From positions 124,001-176,612 of the forward strand of contig JADIIX010000036.1 of NCBI GenBank assembly GCA_027604505.1: a stretch of DNA of 52,612 bases, written 5' to 3'. Of the stretch, positions 37,451-52,308 are shown piece by piece. A program made the translations under genes and the position numbers. Under the pieces are notes generated by a model. That model worked only from the letters and a program-made list of their open reading frames with translations, was not told the origin of the DNA and ran no database searches. Source of the stretch: Gonapodya sp. JEL0774. Taxonomy: Eukaryota. Numbering within the stretch: position 1 is the first letter of the stretch; the number at the start of each line of letters is the position of its first letter.

Positions 37451-38124
37451 GTTCTTGGAGTAGGCGATCGCTCCTTCAGGTGGCTGATTCATGTGGGCGA
37501 TGTTTTCCTCGAAAGCTTCTTGCCCGTGATTAAAGCTAGTTGGCACGGACATATGAACGAACTTGTGCGGAGGACGGAGACGAAGAAAAGACCCGCTGGA
37601 ACCACATAGGACTTAGCTGCTAAGTACTATTTTGACTGTAAGACGTTTTCGTAGTCTTGAGGTTGACTCCTGGTTGCTTTCTTTCATGTATATATCAGTT
37701 TTTCGCCAGTCGTTGCTCAGACTCTCTGTTTCCAACTACTGAAGATCAATGAATGTACACGGTAAACTTTGTTTACTGTAATCGGGCTTTTGGTATGTTC
37801 GTATGGGGCAGGTTATGTAATCGGAAGCAAAATTGAGTAGACAATAAAGATATCACAATATCCTTTATGTGTCATTCACTGGAGTCCATCATCGTATCGG
37901 GACACGAAAATATGCACTGTACATATATGGACATGGAACACAAAATGGGTGCAAAATGAGGTCGTAAAGTGTTTGGTCAGGGTCCACCAACATTCTGGTT
38001 CCTCTTCCGCTCGCCACATTTCCGCGAATTGTTTCGTCTCTTCATCTCTGCTACCGTGCGAGAATTCGAGAGTTTTGCTTCTTCTCGTCTTGTGTCGGCG
38101 CTTTCAAGATCATTCTGGTAGCAC

Positions 38125-39513
<1,389 letters not shown>

Positions 39514-39929
39514 AGGCACACTGTGGTCGCGCACACTTTTGTGCAGCAAATGTCGAAGGCACAGATAAAAGTGGACGTCCTGACATCGAGGTAAACACAA
39601 CACCCACCTAATATCTCGGCACCCGACGATTTTGGCAAGCATACTACTAATATATCCAATGCAAAGACTGTGCGAGGCATTTATTCTTGTACTCTATGTG
39701 GCCTTTCCCCGATTTAGAAGGGCATTTGGAGCAGAACGTACATCAAGTTAGTTACTAGGGTTGGAATTGCCATCAAGCTGCATATTGAATTGAAATTGAT
39801 TTTGGTGTTTCCTTACACGTACAAAAACAGTTGTGTATGGCGCTGTGCACGGCGATGCACATGCTGTGGTCTCGTCAAGCTGATCGGCCGCGGAGCCTCC
39901 CCCGGTTCTCGTTGATCAACTCTTTATCG

Positions 39930-41031
39930 ATGTCCACGTTTTCCACCAGGCCGAACTCTCCGCTATTCCTGCCATCGCGCATCCTCCAATCTATTGTGCA
40001 ATGTCTGTCCCAGCCCAACTCTCACGTTCGCCTACCCAAGGTTCTGGTGTTCATGATTCTCCGAAATGTCACTGTTTCCCTGGTTCGCATTCCATACTCT
40101 CGAATGATCGCGTGGGTGGATAAGAATCCCAAGTGGAAGACGGCATGGAAAATACAGAAAAAAGAGTGGGATCCGGTCCAAATGAAGGAAATGGACCCGA
40201 CTGTAGTCGGATCACTCCAAAGCGTGAGTATCAAATCAGTAGCACAACGTCCCCGGCATTAATACCGTTCGCATTTCTTAAGCTCCTCGTAGAAGCCCTT
40301 CTTTTGTACCCCATAGTATCGTCTTATGGGATTCTGGATTTTGAGAAGAAACCCCTTCCCACTTCGCTGGGGAAATGGATCAAAGGTTTCTTAACCGTCT
40401 TTCTCCTCGCGGATTGTCTTGATTTCTGGCAGCACTTTGCTTCTCATAGAGTCAAGTGGCTCTGTACGTTCCCCCTTTTACTTCACATTGATGGAGTTGT
40501 GCTGACACGAGGTGGTATTTCCACAGACACTTACCACAAAGTGCATCACCGTGTCGTCACACCGTTCCCCACATCCGGCGCATACAGTCATCAGATTGAT
40601 GCCTGGTGGGTGTATGTGTGGACTCACCTTGTCCCTGCAATCGTGTTCCGCCCGGATCTCCTGTCCTATTTGACCTGGAGAGCGGTGGTGGAGTACGCCG
40701 TTCTGGCAGTGCACTCAGGATACCGCGTGGTGTGTACTCTCATGCGACACTGTGCTTGTTTGCAGTGTACAGTGAGAGACAGGATGCTGACCAAACTTTG
40801 GAACCCACGCATCTCTTTTATAACAACAATCAGCCCTGGGACGTATGGAATGTTCTACCCCTTACGTACACATCCATCCACCACGACTTTCATCACTCCC
40901 AAAATGTTGGATCTTATGGGCAACTATTGAGTGTGTGGGATAGACTTTGTGGGACATTAAAGGCGTGCGACGAATGGGAGACCAGACGAGCAAAATTAGA
41001 AGATGACTTGCCTACGGTACGGGAGGAATAG
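39930..41031 (+). CDS. Fatty acid hydroxylase / sterol desaturase (ERG3/ERG25-like) di-iron membrane enzyme, 4 exons
   Basis: His boxes HFASH, HKVHH, HSGY, HHDFHH followed by GSYGQLLSVWDRLCGT; WKIQ upstream. Confidence 0.88.
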
Positions 41032-41205
41032 TAGGTTTCATGTATCAAATAGAGGTTGCTCTGGCTGCAATGTTTGCACCGTTCCTCCCTTTGGGCGAGT
41101 TGGTGTGGTCACAAACCACCTCGAACTTCACACTGAAAGCACAAGTACATTTCAGCTCATTCAAATAATATTAATATAATGTCCAAGAAGAAATAATGGT
41201 GCAAA

Positions 41206-43325
41206 TCACAACTTGGGCTCTGGACCTTCCTCGTCAACAAAGACCTTGCCTGGGTTCACTGAACGCAGAACAATGTTTAAATCGCCCATACGGAGCACAC
41301 TTTTCCACACAATTCCAAATCGGTACTTACTGATACCCTTTGGATCAACGGCCTTCTTTAATCTCCTCATTAGCAAGATAGCATCCTCACCAAGTTCCTT
41401 CACGAGTAAGTGACGTTTACCCGATCCCACACCGTGTTCTCCGGCTGATTTTCGACGAGTGAAGGGGATAGATGAAGTCCTTCCAACAAAACAAGTCAGG
41501 TCGATGAATACTCACTGCAGGTGCCTTCCATCGCAATGGCGGCCTCTGCCATCTCGTCCCTAAACGCCTCCGACACCTTGATCTCCTTCTCATCACTCTC
41601 ATCAACCAGCAAAAAGCAGTGGAAGTTTCCGTCCCCCGCGTGTGCCACAATCGGGGCCACCACACCATGCTTCACGATCAGCTGTCGTGTCACAGCCAGA
41701 ATATCTGGCAAGCGGGAGGGTGGTACGGCGACATCGGTTGTCAAAGTGGCGATACGAGGTTTGGATGGATTTGGGCCGTGGGAGGCACCAGCGCGGAGGG
41801 ATTTTGCGGCGAAAAGAGCGCGTTTTCGAACCGACCAAAGTTTCTCGGCTTGAATGGGATCCTTCGTGATGGAGAGGTCTTCGCACCCTGGTGTGAGGGG
41901 CATGAAAGGATAAAAGATCAGCCAACGTGTACCCCTGTTACAAGACACTCGACTCATCAGAGGATCAATCAAGCAAACCCACCGAACTCTTTATCCCTCG
42001 CCAGCGCCTCCACCTCCCTAATTTGCCCTTCCACATCCGCCTCACTAGTTCCAGCAAAGTCTAACAACACCACACTCTTCTCCACCATGTCTTGGTCGAA
42101 CGCCAAATTTACCGACCGGACTGCAACTTCGTCCATGACTTCAAGTCGCTGGAGAGGGATGGAGAGGCGGACGAGCATGGCGGAGAACCGCGCAGCATGA
42201 TCTAGTGTGGGGAATTGGAATTTGGCAGCGGCAGAAATCTAGGAGGTTTTGGGCCGAAGATGGTGAAGAATAGAGGAGGTACAGTTGGGAAGCCAACGAG
42301 TCAAGCAAAACATTCACCACCCTCACCGTGGGGATCTTCTTCAATCTCAACGTCGCCTGCGTAATGACTCCCAAAGTACCTTCACTACCCACAAATAAGC
42401 GGGTGAGGTCGTAACCTGCACTAGACTTTGTCGCTCGGCTGCGTGTGCGAATGATTTCACCGGTGGGCAGTACCACACGGAGAGAAAGAACATTCTCTTT
42501 CATGGTACCTTCATGGTTTTGGAGTTGTGATGGGATTTGAATTTGACGTATAGTGATTTTGAAGGGCACGGAGACTCACCATACCGCCACGCCAACGTTC
42601 CCGACGCGCAGGTTCCACACATTCCACCGACAGTAGCAGCGGCACCGGGATCGGGTGGGAAGAAAAGGCCGTGGTCTTTGAGTTCCCGGTTGAGTTCCAT
42701 CCAGTTGATCCCTGATGGCGCGTAGCGCGTAGAACGGATGAAGTGGTGGTTTTGTGGATCAGTCAATTGAAGTGGGGCAAAGCAGAGACCGAAATGAATC
42801 CCTACCGGGCTCAACGACGCAATCAAGATCGCCCTGGATAGCGCGGATGAAATAGTCGTGTTGTGAATGGTCATTTTGTTGTAAAACAGAAGATGGGGAG
42901 GCAGACATACCGGGTGAACTGCTATCAACTTGTCAAACATGCTTAGGTCCAACACAACACATGCCTCCCTTCCCGGCACAACTTGCCCTTCCAAAGATGT
43001 TCCCGCTGGTGACACAATTCACGGTATTGCGATGTTAAATCGCCGAAACCCCTCCCCGCAACTCGTTCATTCCCCACCCACCAGCAAACACCACCACGCC
43101 AACACCGTGCTTGTTACAAATTGTGAGTGCTTTGCTGACATCTTCCTCACTCATGATTGAAACGATTCCAACAGGCATGACTGGCTCGTGGTAACTGAGA
43201 TCCTTGGAACGGACTTTGAGCTGGGATGGGCTGGTCTCGACATTGATTTTCTCTGCCAGTTCCGTGAGGCAGGCAGCGATCGCAGCTGGAGAAGCGCGAG
43301 ATTTGGGAACTGGGTGAACGGTCAT
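41206..43325 (-). CDS. DLD1: FAD-linked oxidase, D-lactate dehydrogenase (DLD1/LDHD-like), multi-exon
   Basis: [99 protein letters not shown]. Confidence 0.92.
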
Positions 43326-43589
43326 TGTAAGTTCGCAAGTTCGGGAAGGTTTTCATATTCTGTGCCTCACTTATATGTATGAGGCAAATGTGTTGACTCA
43401 TGCCCACCGAAAACCCCCGTCTTGGGTACCAAAGCCCCGCTCATCTCGTACTAATGCATAATACACATATTACAATGCAAGTGGGTATTGCACTTGAGCT
43501 AATTTTATAAGCATGAAGTAGATTGGAGAATGCAGAGCCCGATGTCCCACTAACACATGTTGGAATGACACCCGCTCGTGCAACTAATT

Positions 43590-46500
43590 TTACCCTTTGT
43601 TCTTCCCCGCCGGAGCGGGATAAACATTGTTCACCATTTCAGGCAGTTGCTCTTGCTGCCCACCTTTAGCGCCTTTCCTTTTCGCATACCGCATTAGCCC
43701 AACACCGACCAGAACTTTTGTCCCCCACAAACCCATCCAGACCCCTAAAACAACAGGTACCCAACGCCATGGCGGTTGTGTGACAGGTACATCCAGATAC
43801 ACGGGACTGTCGGAGCTGTAGTCAGAGTCCGTGTCCAATTCAAAGGGTGATGAGGACAAGTACCCGACCATGTGCAATGTTTCAATGGCCACGCGCAGCA
43901 CGAGGCAGAAGAGAGGTAAAGGAACGAAGCCGATTCGCCGGGCAACCGCCGGCGAGGCGTCAGTGGCGGGTAGCTAAGCGAACAAGAGCATGGTAGACGG
44001 ATTGAGCCATGAGAAGAGGGTGATGATATGGATACCCAACTTAGTTTAGTATTCCACGAGATGACAATAAGACACCTCCACATCAACATACCGGTGCCCC
44101 AATACCTCCCTCCTCTTCCTCCACCCTCCACTTCTCCCTTCCTCTCATATCGGCTAAGGGCCTCTCCCCCATTCTGTCCCTCCCTCGTGCTTCTGTTCCA
44201 CCACTCTGCCCTTGTCCTGCTCCTAACTCTCCACACAAACCAGCAACAAATTTGGAGTACACCTCTGGTTCAATACCATTGAACTTTGTCACAAACGCAT
44301 GCTTGAGCCAGTCCACCAGAACCTCTGATGAAAGGACGACGAGAGTCGGCAACGACACAGAGACTGCCAGATGCAGTGCAGGACTCGACCCCACACGGGC
44401 TACCCATGACATCACCAGCGGAACGACTTCAACGACCCAAGTCATACCTGACAGCATAGCTCTCCCGATCGCCGGCGGTATCAATGCTGGATTCAACTGA
44501 TCCACCTGTACACCTGCAATGGCTCCAACAGCCGACCGGGCGACGTCAACCACATCCCGCGGATCGTAGGAAAACGGGAACAAGGATGCGGCGGACAACC
44601 ACCAGCTCGCTTCTGCAGTAGACGGTGCGGACGAAGTGGTACCGGCACCCGAGAGCTCAAGGTAGTTGCGGCTGGCGATAATGAGGAGGTATATCGAGAG
44701 TTGGAACCGCTCAACGACATCTGAAATTGTATTGGGGGTGTAGCATGTGATGCATGGGGTCCGGGTTGAGTCGAGTAGAGCCAAAGATCGGCGTTATCCA
44801 GGTGCCCAGACATCTCCCGACTTCTCCTGCCACATATCCAACTCACCCGCGCACGCTACCTGCCACACTCCATCCGAATCCATTTTCTTCCAGACCGCGC
44901 CTTTTACCTCCACAAACTGGTTCGACAACAGCAAAGTGAGTAATGCGTTGGAATGTGAATTCACAGCGACGTTCAGCGTGGTTGTGGCGGCAAAAAGGGA
45001 GAGCGAATGAAGAACTGAAAGAGAATTGATTTTGGTAAGATCGGTCTCGGGGAGGAGCCCGAAAGAGAGATTGACCACACACTCACAAACGTAAACCACT
45101 CCCAACAAAGTTAACCCCACAAAGCCCACAACTGTCGAGCCACCGTGCGCTTGCCCATCAGAATCTCCCTGCCACTCGCCGGTTCGGCTGTGGTCAAACG
45201 CTGATCCCGAGGAAGGGGTGTCACCGGATTCGGGTTTCGGTCCTCCCCCGAGTGTGGATGAGGAAAAGAGAGAGTCGAGAATATCGTGTCCCAGTGATTG
45301 GAATAGCTTGTCAAGGACCTAGTTGTAGCATTGAGTCGAGTTTCGAAACGGGGTGTTTGTGTTGGAACCAACTTCGACCTCCAACCGATTTCCGCCCAGT
45401 TCACTCACCTCAAGAACATTAAAAATGACATACAGCTTCACTACGCTTTGTGCCCTTACCGAATGATACACCGCGCTGGCATCCACCCGTAACAGCATTG
45501 CCACTGCCGAAACCACGAGCACCAGCTTCACCAAATCGGCTCTTTCCGCCGTGTCCAGTGCGAACCTTTTCCTTTGGCTTTGGGGAAAAGCGAAAGAACC
45601 ACACGTCCACAAGACGATCTTGCCTACTGCAATACACCAGCGGACCGGAAGGGCGGTGAAACACCACAGGAATGCGTCTGTGCACACGGCCAAGCCCAGC
45701 CACAAGAACCGCTCGAGTTCCAGAGGTGCGCGGAGAAATCGACGCACCCGGCGAGCGTGGAGGTCGGGATTGCGTGGAGAGAGTTGTGGGTGGAGGACGG
45801 TGGAGGTTAGATGATGGAAAATTAGCTGACGGGTGGATCGAGGGGCTTTGCGCATTGATGCGGTGGACGAGAATACTTGGCTGGGTGTACGAGTGGTAGG
45901 TGCTGTCCACAGTTGGGAGGGGAACACAGGATTTGGGGTTGGTGGCCGTTTGGAAGGGGTCGGGGGTCGTGGTAGCGTCTGTCTACTCGACATATTGAGA
46001 TTGGTATCGTCGAATGCTTTGCCACTTCGAGAAAGAATTCCCCTCTCCGGTGTGCGTGATCGGGCACTGAGTGATAATCCGTCCCCCGAAATACCGTCTT
46101 GGAACGAAAACACTCGCGATTGCTTTCGTTGAGAGAGCAACGGAACCTCCGATAATTGAGATTGAGAGAACGGGTTAACATCGAGAGACCAAGTCGACAC
46201 AGTGGATTTGCGTCTGTAATTAAAGGCTTCAGGCACATTTTGATCAGTAGCAGGGTCCTGATAGTCTCTTGATTCGCGAGAGACTTCGGGTGCTTGAAGT
46301 CCGTCATCCTCTGAAAATAAGCTGGTATCCGAAAGCACGTACGAAGTATCGGGAGACGGCAAGGCAGGATGTTCTTGAATCGGAGGTTCAAACGGCTGCG
46401 CGAGCGGGGGGAGACTAAAGTGCGAACTGGGACTGGGTTTTATAGTGTCAAGGAGCAAGTCCTTTTTGAGTGACGGACCGTCCATGTCCACACAATTGTC

Positions 46501-46689
46501 GTCTTCAGCATCATCAGATCCATGCACGAGTTCATCATCGCTGTCCGTGCTTTGGAGGGTTCCATTCATTGGTAGAGACAACGACGCGTTTTCAAACTCC
46601 GAACCGTGCCCGGGGACCAGCTGCTCTTCATCATTTTCCAGTTTTTCTAGTGGCCTCATCCTTTGAGCCAGGACAGCCTTGACTGGCAT
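43590..46689 (-). CDS. TAPT1: TAPT1/Emp65 (DUF747) multi-pass ER membrane protein, multi-exon
   Basis: PLELERFLWLG..VCTDAFL..FT.LP.R, QSVVKLYVIFNVLE, TLNVAVNSHSNALLTLLLSNQFVEVKGAV, SDVVERFQL, SEVLVDWLKHAFVTKFN, RRIGFVPLPL. Confidence 0.93.
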
Positions 46690-46820
46690 TCGCGAACCTG
46701 TTTGGATGAGATTGCTTAAAATGTAATAAGATCCTGTAACGATCGTCCCCACTTCGAACAAATGCACATGGAGATGCCACTGCAGCAATAATATCACTCA
46801 AAAGCAGAATACTTTTGAAA

Positions 46821-48170
46821 ATGGCACCCCGAGTTATTTCGCTTCTTCCGTCTGCCACTGAATTGCTCTGCATTCTTCCCTCCGGCGCTAAACTCCTCGT
46901 CGCCCGATCGCACGAGTGCGACTTCCCGAAGTCCATCACCCATCTTCCGGTCGTTACTGGACAGCTCACAACCTTCACCACGAGCGCTGATGTTGATAGG
47001 CAGGTCAGCGAGGCGTTGAGTCAGGGAAAGGCATTGTATAACATCGACGAACAGGTTATTCGGGAACTCAAACCCGATGTCATCATCACCCAAGTAAGGA
47101 TTCGAAACGTTTTCCCTTCCACTGTAAAGATCAAGACTCTGAGATGGTTTGAGTCTGGCCGAACAGTCATTGTGAGGGGAGCAACTATACGAGGTCATCC
47201 CGAGCATCTGTACGCCAACCTCAAGACTTTTGGTATTTGAGCGGAATCAACATTGGATGGCAATTTTTCTGGGCGATGCTTCGGGCAAAGAATTAACAAT
47301 TTCAAGGAAGACCCCAACATGACGACTTTCGAATCTCAAACTCCATTCTCATGCCCTTAACAGAGTCTCTGCAACGTTTGTGCCATTGACCTTGCCACGG
47401 TGCACCGCTTAGCTCGCACCCTCAACCCACGCCCCAAAGTGATCACGCTCAACCCGCAATCCATCGAAGACGTTCTCGCGGATGTCGAATTGGTGGGAGA
47501 GGCAGTTGGACTGGTCTCTGAAGCTGAAAAGGTGCGGAAGCAACTTGAGGCGAGGGTGGAGCTCGCGGTGGCGACCGGTGCTAGGATGGCGGGACTACAC
47601 GGTTCACGATCACCGCGCGTGGGGTTCATGGAATGGTCCGACCCGATATATCCAGGTGGCCACTGGACTCCGCAATTAATCCACCTCGCTGGTGGAACTC
47701 ATCCTGTGCATCCACCACATTCGCTTCTCCCCCGGCCGTCGCCAGCGGGCCCTTCAGTCCGGATCACGACAGAGCACTTTGTGTCGACTGACCCCGAAGT
47801 CGTGATCACGTGCTTTTGCGGACTGGATATGATCGCAACGAGGAAGGAGGTGGCTCTTCTGGAAGAGCGGGAGTGGTGGCGAAATATGGTTAAAAGCAGA
47901 GCTCCAAGGATCGTGCTGGTGGACGGGAACGAGATGTTCAACAGACCTGGGCCAAGGCAAGTCCCTGGGATCTCCGTTGTTTATGTCTTGACTTGAGTTT
48001 GACTGTGATCGCTTTAACTTTCAACTCTATCGGTTTGTTGCATTGGCCTCAGACTGGTTGATGCTCTTGAGTTCCTCGTTGGTTATCTCTGGAATCTACC
48101 GGAAGTTATTCCCAACAGCTTCCCTTACGAGGAATATGCCGGTGTTTCATTGGGGAATAGGAAAGAGTGA
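46821..48170 (+). CDS. BtuF/TroA-like (helical-backbone, COG0614) ABC-type substrate-binding domain protein without signal peptide; introns ~47094-47363 and GC-AG 47957-48052
   Basis: RVISLLPSATE, SHECDFP, LKPDVIITQ|SLCNVCA, EW.DP....GHW.P..I..AGG, DPEVVI...CG, VDGN.MFNRPGPR|LVDALE. Confidence 0.88.
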
Positions 48171-48580
48171 TTACTTTGCATTGGATGACAAGCGCACTCA
48201 CACCGGTGTCAACACAACCTCTCTGGTTGTCCTTACAAACCCATCTCATCTGCATGCATGCCTTGAACGATCGGTCCGTCTTAAACTTAAATTGTACATT
48301 GGAACGCAAAATAGTGAATATGTGGAGACCGAGAGTCGCAAAATATTATCTGCTACTACTGTTTCACACAGCAGCTCGTCCACTTCAACATTGTCGGACG
48401 CTCACTCAACGCAAGGAGGGTCAGCAATCGTCTCTACTGCGCGCATGGCTTAAAGAAACATTGTCCGCACCTAAATCAAACCTTAGGCTGAAACCAAAGA
48501 CCTCGCTATTGTCTGTCTTCACCGGGACGCAGGCAAACGCACCACCTGTCAAATCTCCGTTTTCTCTCTTGCGGTGGACT

Positions 48581-50667
48581 ATGCCACCCAGGGAAAGCCG
48601 CACTCGCACCAATGCATCATCACGTGTGACGGAAGGCAGCTCCGGTGTGGGTCGGGCGGTGGGGAAGACGGAGTCCCGTGGCCTCTCTTTGTCTTTGCCC
48701 AACGGCGCTCTTGTCAGCACGAAACACAGTGGCCAGGGTCCGTTTTTAAGTCTTGGAGTGGCATCAAATGGGAATTCTCGCCCGGGAACGGGCCCGGACG
48801 ATGGTGCGGATGTCATCTCCCATACAGGCCTTAGAGAACCCGCCAATATTTCAACTCAACCCACCACCATGCTAAACTCAGGCTTGATATCTTCACCGCG
48901 TTCGAGCCTCGTTTTCTCTAATATGCCACCTGAGCCTCAACCGCACCCGCACCACGCGGCAGGAGGAGGACAGAATGATAAGGCTACGCGGGACCGACTG
49001 CGCTCCTCGTCGGGTTCATCGACTTCCAGCCTTATGACGCAAGTCGTTCTTGTCAAAGGTGCATCACCGTTGTCTTCTGCGACGTCATCACCGAATAGGC
49101 CCCATGGAGTCGGTGGGGTGGCCATCCCGGATGTGTCCACCCGAACTGACCCGACTGGACAGGTCCATCTCGATCTCCCCCCCAACTGGAGAGATCGATT
49201 CCTACCCAGCGAAGAAGAACGTCAAAAGGCAAGGGCAGAAATTATTAGCACAGGCCGATATGCGAAGGTCCGTTCAGCACCACGCACCGAAACCCACGAT
49301 CAGGCCACCACACCTCATGCGCCAGCTGTTACTGCCACGCGCCGTGTAAATTCTTCCACTACGTATCGTCCCCTATCATTCCCGCAGACTCGTACTCGGC
49401 CATCTACGACGCAGTCCCTCCGGTCCTGGCGAGATACACATTACCATGAGTCGGCATCATCGTCCCCCTTAGCGTCCCCCACCAGTTCCTCGTCACGATC
49501 TGCCCACTCTGCAAGTCTTGCGTTACCTACTGCGGCACGCCCTTTCGATGCAAATCGGCGCACAAAATCCGCAGTGGACGTCGGGCTCGGCATCGGGCAA
49601 GCGCAGGTCGCATCCTCTTCACGCGTCCCTAACAATGGCAAGGGGATATCGGTACTCCTGTTTCCTGAACATGCTGCGCCTATTCAGGGCACTGCATCTC
49701 CCCAGATGCGTCCCATTCCATACCGCGAACTCGACCCATCTCGCATCGTGGATCCCCGCTACCGTGCAGCCCTCGGCTTCCCCGAGATCGATCCACGTAT
49801 TATGCGAGTACCAGCATACTCTGGCACAGTCGATCCCAACACGACCGCCAACATCGGACAGAACCATAACTCTCCCAGCTCTTCCGACACAGCCACCGTA
49901 TTCGACCGACCGGTGCCCAATAGCTCGCGCGTGACGTTGGCACGGTTGCAGGAGCTTGATAGAATGGAAAAAGAGGAGATGGACGAGGTGACGGCTGTCG
50001 CGAGACTCCTCAAGGACAAAGGAGTTGCTCGTGCCGTGAATGAGAGGGTGACTTCCAAGGTAACCAATGTACGATGCACGGTGCTCCTTCCGCTTGCTTA
50101 TATTTTTCCTGCTTGTTTCATCATGTACGCAGGCGACCAACATTCCAAGGTCCGCCATTCTCTATCCGGACCTCGAGCGAATACCGTCACCGACACTGCG
50201 CTACGATGACGTAAGCGGCGGAGGGAAGGGGAAGTCCTCATTCACATCAACATTTATGACCAAACCTCGAGCGAAAAAAGCTTTGTCAAAGCTGTGGATC
50301 GAAGAACGAGCCGGTCCAAAACCCAATATCGACTATCTGTGAGAAATCCTGCAATATCGTTCCATCCGATTTCTGCTAAACGACAACCTTTTCTTCTCAC
50401 CATTGCATTTGGCATGAAAGTCGACCTCGGATTCTCGAATATGACACGATCGCCGTCCCGTACCCAATGCAACTAGATGACCCACGGCTCCCACCGTCTC
50501 GATACCCTCCCGGCCACGTACCCCCATGCGCCGGTGTAGAACTGGCCGTATCTAGCATGGAAGTAAATGGCAAGGATTGGAAGCGTGAGCGATTCTACGA
50601 GAGAAGACTGAGCATGAGTGAATTTGACAGGGAGAGAGATCGTCTGGGATTGGCCAGCGCCGAGTAG
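48581..50667 (+). CDS. Ser/Pro/Arg-rich protein with a C-terminal region resembling the centriolar PPP1R35 C-terminal domain; introns ~50061-50132 and ~50339-50420
   Basis: Spliced SRVTLARLQELDRMEKEEMDEVTAVARLLK...RAVNERVTSK|ATNIPRSAILYPDL recalls PPP1R35 (..FDAAKAVEEQL...EGLNVPRSKRLFRDL); comparison from memory only. Confidence 0.55.
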
Positions 50668-50961
50668 CATGTTGGAGATGATGAGCAAGCAGGGAAACCC
50701 TTGGATGCGAGGAAAACTGAAACCAAATTCGGTCTTGATCTGTTCTGTTCCGGCGAATCACCTACATATTTGTGTGCCCTGGATGATGTATTTTTCTCGT
50801 GATGTATCTCTAATGAAAAAGTTCAAAAAGCAGCCAAAACGCCAAATAACTGACGTGCGAAAAAAGATCCTCATCAGTTGGAGGGAGAACAACCAATTTG
50901 GCACTCGATCAACATCAGTCACGATCAGCCGACCCACGATCCCGCAGTTCGCTCAATTCCG

Positions 50962-52308
50962 ATGCCAGCGAAAACTCATGACACAGAATTGCAGCCAGCT
51001 ATTCCAATTATTGACTTTTCTGCCTTTGATGGAGAGCCATCGTCACCCGGGACGCGTGCGATCGCAGAGAAGGTGTTGAAAGCTTGCAGGTTGGTTCTCT
51101 CCATGATGTAAGAAGTTGGAGATCGGACTTGATCATAAACGGTAAAAATGTACAGAGATGTCGGCTTTATGTATGTGACAGGCTTCTCCGAGCCCACTCC
51201 GGTGGTTATCGATGGCATGTTCGACTTAGCCAAGCGTCTGTTTGTGAATCTCACGCCCGAAGAAAAGCTTCGTTACGCGCGCGCAGGAAAGCCTTCAGGA
51301 TTCACTGATGTCGGGACTGAGACTCTGGAACCGGGCGTGTTTGACGTCAAGGAATGCTATAATTTGGCGAGAAGGGTTCTGGACCCACGCCGTGGAGGTC
51401 CCACAGAAGAAGAGCTCCCATCCTTCCTGAGGGAAACGGCAAATTTGGTTATTCTCCGCGAGTTTGTCTCTCAGTCCCATGAATTGAGTCTCCGTGTACT
51501 GAGGGCTTTTGCAATATCGCTTCAACTGGACCCCGAGTTTTTTGTGGAAAAGCACTCGTACGATTTGGACGATGAAGGAGGAGACAATCTGAGATTGTTG
51601 CATTACCCGCCGGTGCCGGATCATGTTTTGGAGAAATGGAAGGAGGGGGGATTCGTGGAGGGGAAGAGGGCTATACGTGCGGGCGCCCACGGGGACTACG
51701 GTGAGTGATGCACGTACTCTTCTGATGATTTCAGTCTTACTTTCATATGTCTTTTTTGAGGCTCTTTGACTCTATTGGTACGTTTTCTTCTCGACTTTTT
51801 TTGGATCGAATAAATTATTATGACACTCTCCCCTTGACTATAGTTCCAGAGAGATGAGTCTGGTCTCCAAGTACTCGATAAACACACTGACGGGGATGTG
51901 TGGATCGATGCACCCGTCATACCTGGAAGCGTTGTCGTGAACACCGGTGACCTGATGGAGTACTGGACCCGTGGTCTTTACAAGTCTACGACTCATCGAG
52001 TAGCGATTCCAGTAGACATTGGGAGCCAAAAGCGGAGCCGATACAGTATTCGTGAGTGTTTGGTCTCCGCTTTCCCAGTTTATACATCGTCTCGACAGTT
52101 CCATTTTTCGTCGTTCCACCCGCAAGCTTTCTTCGTCCAGCCTAACGACGATGTCGTACTCTCCCCAGTACCCTCTCCTCTAATCGCCGACAGTGTGGAT
52201 AAGTTTGAGAAGAACAGAATAGAGCAGAACTTGCCGCCCCCAGCGCAGGAGTTCACATCACTTGGGTACCTGTTGTGGAGGCTGACGGGTACATATAAAA
52301 GTTCGTAA
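50962..52308 (+). CDS. 2-oxoglutarate/Fe(II)-dependent dioxygenase (IPNS/DIOX_N family), 5 exons including a 17-nt micro-exon 51761-51777
   Basis: IPIIDFS, ACR|DVGFMYV, LRLLHYPP, AGAHGDY|GSLTLL|FQ, GLQV, VVNTGDLME.WT.G..KST.HRV, RYSI|PFF (HxD...H and RxS motifs). Confidence 0.95.

Noticed and set aside
48167..48580. N-terminal extension of the 680-aa ORF
   Set aside because: Begins at a non-ATG codon overlapping the previous gene's stop and reads like UTR/intergenic sequence; ATG 48581 is the more plausible start
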